From assembly GCA_964621595.1 (NCBI GenBank), contig CAZUPO010000002.1, positions 12,047 to 76,046 of the forward strand: a stretch of 64,000 nucleotides of DNA. Reading direction: 5' to 3'. Positions 57,632 to 64,000 of this stretch are shown one piece after another. The notes beneath the pieces are model-generated. The model saw only the letters and a list, made by a program, of their open reading frames with translations. It made no database searches and had not been told where the DNA came from. The position numbers were made by a program, and so were the translations under genes. This stretch comes from an uncultured Candidatus Saccharibacteria bacterium (GTDB taxonomy: Bacteria; Patescibacteriota; Minisyncoccia; Phycocordibacterales; UBA5272). Position 1 is the first letter of the stretch, and each line of letters begins with the position of its first letter.

Positions 57632-58300
57632 TTATCTTTTTTCAACTACTTCAACCCGAGAAGGATTACGAAGGATACGAATAAATTTATACTTAAAACG
57701 ACCAGTGAGGTGTTTTATTACTTGTTTTGCAACCCAAGAGGGATCGAGCATTGTAGACGCCCCTCGTGGACTTTTTTCCCAAAACCTAGTATTCATTCCA
57801 GCTGGCCCAGCAACAAGAACCTTCCCAAGGCGATCATCTAGTGATAAAGAGTTAGATAACATACCCAGCCCTGCTTTTACAGCAGTGTATACAGGTTCAA
57901 GTAGACGAGGGGTCCACTGAGATGTTGATGTAACGGCAATGAAGTTATCAAGAGACCTTTGTTTAGTGAGAATTTTTTTAATAAGTAGTATTGGAGCAAG
58001 AAGTCCAACATGAATCATTGCATCCACATCATCTCTACGCAGATCAGTCAGCGTTCCTTCTTGATAAAATCCCGCAGCGTAAACAAGGATATCTATATGG
58101 GGGAGTTTTGTGACGAGGGAGGAAATATCTTTTTCTACCGTTTTCTTATCAAGATTAATTTTAAAAAATATACAAACTTTACTGCGCGGATCACGTCTTC
58201 CAGTAATAAAAACACGATGTGTTTTTGCTAAAAGTAAAGCAATCTCAAGACCGAGTCCAGAACTTCCGCCAACAATAAGAGCAACTTGTTCCTTCTTCAT
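57632..58300 (-). CDS. Short-chain dehydrogenase/reductase
   Basis: GGSSGLG, YAAG, YTAVK. Confidence 0.9.
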   Translation of the reverse strand: MKKEQVALIVGGSSGLGLEIALLLAKTHRVFITGRRDPRSKVCIFFKINLDKKTVEKDISSLVTKLPHIDILVYAAGFYQEGTLTDLRRDDVDAMIHVGLLAPILLIKKILTKQRSLDNFIAVTSTSQWTPRLLEPVYTAVKAGLGMLSNSLSLDDRLGKVLVAGPAGMNTRFWEKSPRGASTMLDPSWVAKQVIKHLTGRFKYKFIRILRNPSRVEVVEKR

Positions 58301-58432
58301 TTTTTTATTGTAACAGAAACTACTAATTCTCCAAAAAATACAGTGTTTTACTGTTGTGTGTAATGAAAACACTCATTAAACTAGCATTCTAAATCAAATT
58401 GAAGAGATTTCTCTTTAGTTTTTGTTTTACCG

Positions 58433-58453
58433 TTGTGCCCCCAGCAGGAATCG
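58433..58453 (-). repeat. 21-bp duplication of the tRNA-Lys 3' end (att-like site)
   Basis: ttgtgcccccagcaggaatcg identical to 59175-59195. Confidence 0.9.
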
Positions 58454-58575
58454 GTCACAAATCTGCCTCGTCGCTGACTTCTCGAAGCAGATTCGCGACC
58501 CCGTTCGAGTATGAAGCCCTCAGTTCAATTAATATAAAAAGAAAGAGCGCTGATTAAGCGCTCCACCAACTCGAG

Positions 58576-58953
58576 TCATGGGACTGAGTTGACAATTTTT
58601 TCTGGGACACTGAAGAATAAGATTACCCATCTAAGTGGGTTAATGTCTTCCAGGTATTCTCGATGTACCCAGTCGTTGTACGTATATGTCTCAGGCATTG
58701 GCCTACGTCGCACCAGATCTGTGTGCACCGGAGCAACCATACCATTTTCACGGCGTCCTTTGAACGTTCGTATGTTGCGCATTCTGAGCCAATTCTTGTA
58801 CCTTCTGCGCCTATAGGATTTTGTGGTGAATACGTAGTACAATTTTAATCCAAATGGCTCAAGAATGAAGTAAACCAAAGGGGAAGTTACAAGTCCGAGT
58901 GTCCCGGCAAAAAAATAGACGATGAAAAACACCACAAGATTAAACCTGTTCAT
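58576..58953 (-). CDS. Hypothetical membrane protein inside the mini-island
   Basis: GGAG RBS before ATG 58953; upstream TTGACA-17-TAATAT; N-terminal TM; terminator 58536-58563. Confidence 0.6.
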   Translation of the reverse strand: MNRFNLVVFFIVYFFAGTLGLVTSPLVYFILEPFGLKLYYVFTTKSYRRRRYKNWLRMRNIRTFKGRRENGMVAPVHTDLVRRRPMPETYTYNDWVHREYLEDINPLRWVILFFSVPEKIVNSVP

Positions 58954-59177
58954 GCTTTGCTCCAATCAAAAAACAAGTTAATATATATTAACACTATTAA
59001 AACATCTTGTCAACTATCTGTGGGGTGAATTCAACCCTCAAGTATAACAATATTTCCTCTTAGAATTGTTCCAACTTCATACCAAACCCTCAGAGCCGAA
59101 GACTTGTATTCGATTACTGACAAAAGCCAAGCAGTTAGTTTTTTCTGTTTGCACATAATTTGTTGCACAAATTTTTG

Positions 59178-59250
59178 TGCCCCCAGCAGGAATCGAACCT
59201 GCGACCGTTTGCTTAAAAGGCAACTGCTCTACCGACTGAGCTATAGGGGC
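59178..59250 (-). tRNA. tRNA-Lys (TTT)
   Basis: Cloverleaf GCCCCTA/TGGGGGC, AGCTCAGTCGGTAGAGC, loop CTTTTAA, GGTTCGATTCC; CCA not encoded. Confidence 0.95.
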
Positions 59251-59361
59251 ATTCATTAGTGTTTTGAAAAGATGCTATACAAAATTTTTTGCATACTGCT
59301 TTTCTCAATAATGTTTCACTATCCTATCACAAAAGACAATATTTTTCTAGTAATGGAAGGG

Positions 59362-59520
59362 CTATTGTGAGAGGGTGCTCGTCCCAAAAGTTTTGAGAGT
59401 TCCGTCTGCGTTTAGTCCAACATACGGCCGACTAGCATCATCACGAAGTGGTCCACCAGTTATATACCAAAGAATCCACACTGCCCAAAATATAAGAAAG
59501 ATTTTAAAGAGGGTCCACAT
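59362..59520 (-). CDS. Small membrane protein (52 aa)
   Basis: MWTLFKIFLIFWAVWILWYITGGP... Confidence 0.6.
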   Translation of the reverse strand: MWTLFKIFLIFWAVWILWYITGGPLRDDASRPYVGLNADGTLKTFGTSTLSQ

Positions 59521-59546
59521 ATGTAGAAGTATAGCAAAAAAGTTTA

Positions 59547-60467
59547 CTATTTTTGACAGGTAGTACAAAAATGTGCGCTGCGACCACCGACTGTTTTCTT
59601 ATGAATTATTCCAGAACAATCTTTTTTGGTACAAGGTTGTTTTGTTCTAAGATAAACGTTGTGGTTGTGGTGGAATGCTCCGCGCTCCCCAGATACGTTT
59701 CGGTAGTCACTTGTACTATCTCCACCAAAATCAATTCCCTTCGAGAGAACTTTTTTCATGGCAGCATATAAAAGAGGCCACTCTGAATCACGAACTTTTT
59801 TGGGTATTCGTGTAGGTAAAATGTGGGCAAGGTGAAGCATTTCATCTGAGTAAATATTTCCAATCCCGGCAATTATTTTTTGATCCATGAGAACAGTTTT
59901 TATCGCGCGCGCCGGGGAGAGGAGTACACGTTCTCGAAATTTCTCGAGCGTGAAGTTTTTTTCCAACGGCTCTGGACCCAAATGTGAAAATCGCCCAGTT
60001 TCTAGAGAAGACGTTCTTTCTACTACAATGGTGCCAAACTTGCGTGAGTCACAAAATACCAGGTGGTTGTTATTTGAAAGTGTAAACACAACATGAATGT
60101 GTCGATTGTATGGATCAGAAAGAGCGGAATTTTTTTGCTTGGGAATCCACGCCCACTCTTTCCCGTTGTAGTGTTCATTATGTACGTAACTACCGTACAT
60201 AAGGTGACCGGTCATTTTCATGTGTATGATCACCGTGCAACCATTTTCTAAATCGATAAGGATATGTTTTGCGCGACGACGAACACGAAGAATTTTTGTT
60301 CCGAGAGCGTACTTTTTAAAATATGAAAAATATCCTCGATCCTTGATGGTGTTCTTTGCGAGTTTGGAGGTGCTCCACATGTCGGACCACACATCCACAA
60401 ACCTTTTTCCAGGTAGGATTTTTTGTAGTCCAGTGACTGTTGTATGAACTTCTGGTAATTCTGGCAT
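59547..60467 (-). CDS. mutM: Formamidopyrimidine-DNA glycosylase
   Basis: MPELPEV, RRAK, HMKMTG, DSRKFG, GIGNIY, C-terminal zinc finger. Confidence 0.95.
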   Translation of the reverse strand: MPELPEVHTTVTGLQKILPGKRFVDVWSDMWSTSKLAKNTIKDRGYFSYFKKYALGTKILRVRRRAKHILIDLENGCTVIIHMKMTGHLMYGSYVHNEHYNGKEWAWIPKQKNSALSDPYNRHIHVVFTLSNNNHLVFCDSRKFGTIVVERTSSLETGRFSHLGPEPLEKNFTLEKFRERVLLSPARAIKTVLMDQKIIAGIGNIYSDEMLHLAHILPTRIPKKVRDSEWPLLYAAMKKVLSKGIDFGGDSTSDYRNVSGERGAFHHNHNVYLRTKQPCTKKDCSGIIHKKTVGGRSAHFCTTCQK

Positions 60468-60590
60468 AGGTATCTTGTAGAGTATAGAAAAAGATAGAAA
60501 TTCGCAATGGTTACATTTATCACACTTTCTGGTAGTATGGTACCTGAATCCCAGTATTTTAGGGAAAAACCAGTCAACCGAGGAGATACC

Positions 60591-61268
60591 ATGAAACACG
60601 TCGGAGGCGGCGAGCGGCGCCGCAACAGAAAGATCACGGCGCAGATCCGCCGCGCGATCAAGAACGGCTTCACGTACTACGCAAGGACGGTGTGCGGGCG
60701 CCCGCGAAGAATCCCGAGCGAAGTAACCGCACCTGCGAATCCTGCACCGGTGGCAAAGGTCGCGGAGGAAGACAATTCCTACCTCCAGATCAAGCTTGCG
60801 GATATCCGGGTGGGCGCCGAGCTCTACAGTTGGGAACTGCTTCGGATGTCTGCGGCAGGGATCAACACGCTCGGGGATCTCTATGCGGTCGGCTTCTCTG
60901 GTTTCCTCGCAACACCGAATCTCGAGAAGGGGACCATTCTGAAGATCGGCGGGTGGTTGCGGGTAAACCGGTACCCGATGATTCCCGAGATGGGAAATGG
61001 GTTACGGTTGGAATTCACGAAGTTCAGCGTCACGCCGGTGACCAGTCTTCCCCTTCGGCAGATGACGATGAATTCCTTCGAGCGGGCTAGCATCAGGACA
61101 CTCGGGGAGGTCTATCGTCTGGGCTTCTCGGGGCTGAAGCACGTCCTCGGTCGCCATGGATTTGGTGCCAAGAGGAAGGAAGACATCATCCAGGCGCTCC
61201 AGAACATCGGGGCTCCGCCGCTCAACGAGATGGGCCACAACGAAGACTGGGCTCCGAAAGGAGGATAG
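60591..61268 (+). CDS. GC-rich protein with two RNA polymerase alpha-CTD-like (HhH) repeats
   Basis: AGINTLGDL...TPNLEKGT and SLPL...NSFERASIRTLGEV...GFGAKRKEDI match the alpha-CTD pattern; AGGAG RBS. Confidence 0.65.
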   Translation: MKHVGGGERRRNRKITAQIRRAIKNGFTYYARTVCGRPRRIPSEVTAPANPAPVAKVAEEDNSYLQIKLADIRVGAELYSWELLRMSAAGINTLGDLYAVGFSGFLATPNLEKGTILKIGGWLRVNRYPMIPEMGNGLRLEFTKFSVTPVTSLPLRQMTMNSFERASIRTLGEVYRLGFSGLKHVLGRHGFGAKRKEDIIQALQNIGAPPLNEMGHNEDWAPKGG

Positions 61269-61281
61269 AAGGAGACCAGGA

Positions 61282-61309
61282 AAGGGGTCGCGCGTAAGCG
61301 CGACCCCTT
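61282..61309. terminator. Hairpin between convergent genes
   Basis: aaggggtcgcgc-gtaa-gcgcgacccctt. Confidence 0.75.
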
Positions 61310-61314
61310 AACAT

Positions 61315-62583
61315 TTATACACCCGCGCGCAGTTTTTCTAATTCTTCTCGTACGACCTGAGCATCATCCCAAGGAATTTTCTTTCCCTGTTCTACCATTA
61401 TGTACGGATCAGTACCTTTACCAGTTATAAGTATTGTGTCCCCGGCATGCGCTCGTCTAAGAGCGTGAGCAATTGCCTCTCGACGATCGAGAATGATGGT
61501 TGGATTATGTCGGGTTACACCAGCGGCCACCTCACGGATTATTTTCTCAGGATCCTCATCGTACGGATCTTCGTTGGTTATAATTATTTCATCGCAATAT
61601 TCATCCGCAATACTTCCAAGTACGGGTCGTTTCCAGGAGTCACGCCCACCGCCTGTGGATCCAAGCACACCAATCTTTCGTGATGAGGGAAATGTTTCAT
61701 ACAACTTACGCAAACTGTCGTCAGTATGAGCGTAATCAACAATAACGGTAAAATTTTGCCCCACCTCGACCCTCTCCACACGACCTCGGATAAGCGAGAG
61801 GGATTCGATACCAGCCTTTGACTGTTCTACAGAAATTCCAAACGCTTCAGCGAGCTTGATCGCGGCAAGTGCATTTAGTATGTTGAACTTTCCTGGTAGA
61901 GGAATAGTAATCTGTACACCGCGGTATTCGATCATGCTACTAGTTTGTGTTTCAAACACGATACGTACATCCTTAAGAGAGTACCCAATATTTTTTTCTA
62001 TAGCGTAGATAAGAAATGAATGACCGTGTTTGTTGTCTACATTTGCGACTGCCACACGTAAAGGCTTTTGGCTTTTTGCGAGTTGCTTCGCAAGTTTGAG
62101 TTTGGCGTTTTTATAATTTTCAAAAGACCCATGACTTTCTATGTGTTCTGGAGAAAGGTTGGTGAAAACAAGAGCGTCCATGTCGATCCCTACATGTCGA
62201 GAAAAGCGCGCCCCCTCAGAGGTCATCTCAATAATTGCTACATGACAGCCAGCATCGAGCGCTTCCCGTAAGAATTTTTGAGTAAAAAACCTCCCAGGCA
62301 TTGTCATCTTGTATTTATTTGGTTGAGTACGTTCTCCAACTTTGAAACGAATGGTTGAAAGAATTGCCGTCCTGTATCCAGCCGCCTCAAATACCGCGTT
62401 TACAAACTCAACTGTCGAGGATTTTCCTTTTGTTCCGGTAACACCCACTACCAGTATTTTTCGAGAAGGTTTTCTGTAGAGAAGGGTTCCTGTGCAAGCG
62501 AGTATGTAGTGATAGAGAGGTTGGAGAGCCTTGTACACCTTCCTCGGAACTATTTTTTCTACGCTTCGCAAAAGTGTTTCCAT
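61315..62583 (-). CDS. murE: UDP-N-acetylmuramyl-tripeptide synthetase (MurE family)
   Basis: GVTGTKGKSST, EMTS, TNLSPEH, DYAHT, GGGRD, DRREAI. Confidence 0.88.
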   Translation of the reverse strand: METLLRSVEKIVPRKVYKALQPLYHYILACTGTLLYRKPSRKILVVGVTGTKGKSSTVEFVNAVFEAAGYRTAILSTIRFKVGERTQPNKYKMTMPGRFFTQKFLREALDAGCHVAIIEMTSEGARFSRHVGIDMDALVFTNLSPEHIESHGSFENYKNAKLKLAKQLAKSQKPLRVAVANVDNKHGHSFLIYAIEKNIGYSLKDVRIVFETQTSSMIEYRGVQITIPLPGKFNILNALAAIKLAEAFGISVEQSKAGIESLSLIRGRVERVEVGQNFTVIVDYAHTDDSLRKLYETFPSSRKIGVLGSTGGGRDSWKRPVLGSIADEYCDEIIITNEDPYDEDPEKIIREVAAGVTRHNPTIILDRREAIAHALRRAHAGDTILITGKGTDPYIMVEQGKKIPWDDAQVVREELEKLRAGV

Positions 62584-62589
62584 ACGTGT

Positions 62590-63150
62590 TTATTGTAAAA
62601 GAGAAAGAGCCTCCTTTAAAAGAACGTTAGTTGTCTTTTTTTCAGTAGATAATTTTTGAAGGGTTGTGTGTATTTCTTTCGGAGAGTAGCCAAGTGCTTC
62701 GAGTGCAAGACGGACCTCGAAGGTGTTGTCGTCTTCTTCCTTTCCGAGAAGGTGATTTAATTTCCCCTTGAGTTCAATAATAATTTTTTCCGCAGTTTTC
62801 TTTCCGATGCCCGGGGTATGTGAAAGCGAGTCCGCGTCAGCATGTTCTACTGCCTGAGCAATCGATGACGGAGAATGCACGGAGAGCATGGCAAGAGCAG
62901 ACTTGGGGCCGATACCGGATACGCTTGTTAATTTTTCGAACAAGAAAAGTTCAAGCTCGTCCCTGAATCCAAAGAGAGTGATCTGATCTTCTCGTACATG
63001 TGTATGAATATATAGTTGTATAGGAGAGCCCTCTGTGGAGGAGAGTGTCACAGGCAGGGGGCACAAGACACGATAGCCAACACCCTGCACCGAAACAATG
63101 AGAGAATTATCTTTAATGGTGAGTACTGTTCCAGTAAGGTGACCGATCAT
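62590..63150 (-). CDS. ruvA: Holliday junction DNA-binding protein RuvA
   Basis: MIGHLTG, GVGY, VRED, VSGIGPK, PGIGKKTAEKI, ALEALGY. Confidence 0.95.
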   Translation of the reverse strand: MIGHLTGTVLTIKDNSLIVSVQGVGYRVLCPLPVTLSSTEGSPIQLYIHTHVREDQITLFGFRDELELFLFEKLTSVSGIGPKSALAMLSVHSPSSIAQAVEHADADSLSHTPGIGKKTAEKIIIELKGKLNHLLGKEEDDNTFEVRLALEALGYSPKEIHTTLQKLSTEKKTTNVLLKEALSLLQ

Positions 63151-63366
63151 AGAGAGTTGGGCGATCTGTAGCATTACTAGTGTTGTCGTTTTGAAACACG
63201 AGTAAAGAGATACAAATTCACCTATGGTTATAAAGTATATCACGGGCACTCACCCGCTTGCCCGAGCGCATTTTTTATGTTACTATAGAAGTATATTTAC
63301 ATTAGATTCTGTCTGGTCTAGGCAGGGTCAATCACTGAATTATCAATAATACTCAATCGAATTTTT

Positions 63367-63636
63367 ATGGCTATTACAAGAAATGCAAAACGAGCAATAC
63401 GAGTTAGTGATCGAAAACGAGTTACTAATGACAAACTTCGTCGAACCATGCGCGAAGCGGTGAAGATTGTTCGCAAAGATGTTGCCGGTAAGGACAAGAA
63501 GGCTATCAAGACCGACCTCTCGCTTGCGTTTAAGGCACTCGATAAGGCTGTAAAGCACGGAACTATCAAGAAAGGACAAGCAAATCGTAAGAAATCACGT
63601 CTAGCAAAAGCAGTTGCAAAGATGGAAACAAAGTAA
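63367..63636 (+). CDS. rpsT: 30S ribosomal protein S20
   Basis: AKRAIR, LDKAVKHG, ANRKKSRL. Confidence 0.95.
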   Translation: MAITRNAKRAIRVSDRKRVTNDKLRRTMREAVKIVRKDVAGKDKKAIKTDLSLAFKALDKAVKHGTIKKGQANRKKSRLAKAVAKMETK

Positions 63637-63663
63637 CAAAAGCCCCCAAGAGGGGCTTTTGTT
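63635..63663 (+). terminator. rpsT terminator
   Basis: aacaaaagcccc-caaga-ggggcttttgtt. Confidence 0.75.
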
Positions 63664-63838
63664 TTAATTGCACCCTTGATAACCTTGGCTACAAAACTAG
63701 ACTGTTTTACTGGAGGTAGTTTTGCAACCATTTAGGTTTTTAAAAATGGAACCGCCTCTCGCATTGCTATGCTCGAGACCCGCACTCGCTCTTCGCGAGT
63801 TGCGGCCCTTGGTTCGATTCCTTCCTCAATCAGTCCAG

Positions 63839-63885
63839 TAAAAATAAAGTAGTCCTCCGAATTTTGGAGGACTACTTTATTTTTA
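63839..63885. terminator. 20-bp perfect inverted repeat just 3' of tRNA-Arg
   Basis: taaaaataaagtagtcctcc-gaatttt-ggaggactactttattttta. Confidence 0.75.
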
Positions 63886-63887
63886 TG

Positions 63888-63959
63888 TGCTCTCGGCAGG
63901 AATCGAACCTACATCGCAAGTACCGCAAACTCGCATTCTATCCATTGAACTACGAGAGC
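63888..63959 (-). tRNA. tRNA-Arg (GCG)
   Basis: GCTCTCG/CGAGAGC acceptor, CGAGT-TTGCGGT-ACTTG anticodon arm, GGTTCGATTCC. Confidence 0.92.
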
Positions 63960-64000
63960 ATTTTGTTTTTGTTATAAAAACAGTATTTAGAATACTACAA

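Larger units (their letters stand above)
58433..59195. mobile_element. tRNA-Lys-anchored mini-island (about 740 bp, one gene, no integrase)
   Basis: Bounded by the 21-bp tRNA 3' direct repeats. Confidence 0.6.

Noticed and set aside
58433-58520. Second tRNA gene or intron-containing tRNA
   Set aside because: Only the 3' end matches; no D-arm, anticodon arm or 5' acceptor strand
59025-59110. Possible recombinase C-terminal remnant (LRVWYEVGTIL) inside the tRNA-Lys island
   Set aside because: Too short, no start codon or catalytic motif; resemblance is only impressionistic

Overview
Chromosomal segment of a Patescibacteria (CPR, most likely Parcubacteria) genome using genetic code 11 (TGA ends several genes). 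It spans the predicted replication origin (yidC-rnpA-rpmH <> dnaA-oriC-dnaN). Housekeeping genes include nusA (partial), tpiA, pgk, xth, uppS, a Xer-type recombinase, rpsO, comM, pcrA/uvrD, rsmA, PBP1A, tyrS, ruvC/ruvB/ruvA, pilB, tsaE, polA, mutM, murE, rpsT, tRNA-Lys(TTT) and tRNA-Arg(GCG). A 13 kb VirB4/PrgI/VirB6-like secretion cluster ends in two genes that share an identical 230 bp pilin-like module fused to different cell-wall hydrolases. Scattered among the core genes are GC-rich, Shine-Dalgarno-led orphan cassettes. The most striking is a TrmB regulator / unannotated 42-aa peptide with a repeated PSKG motif / hairpin-pseudoknot spacer / radical SAM locus, a candidate new RiPP system. 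Other unexplained signals are a 6S-like rod RNA, hairpin elements tied to tRNA 3' ends, a very acidic microprotein after ruvC, a tandem alpha-CTD-like protein, and apparently inverted GC skew around oriC. All calls come from reading the sequence by eye; no database searches were run.
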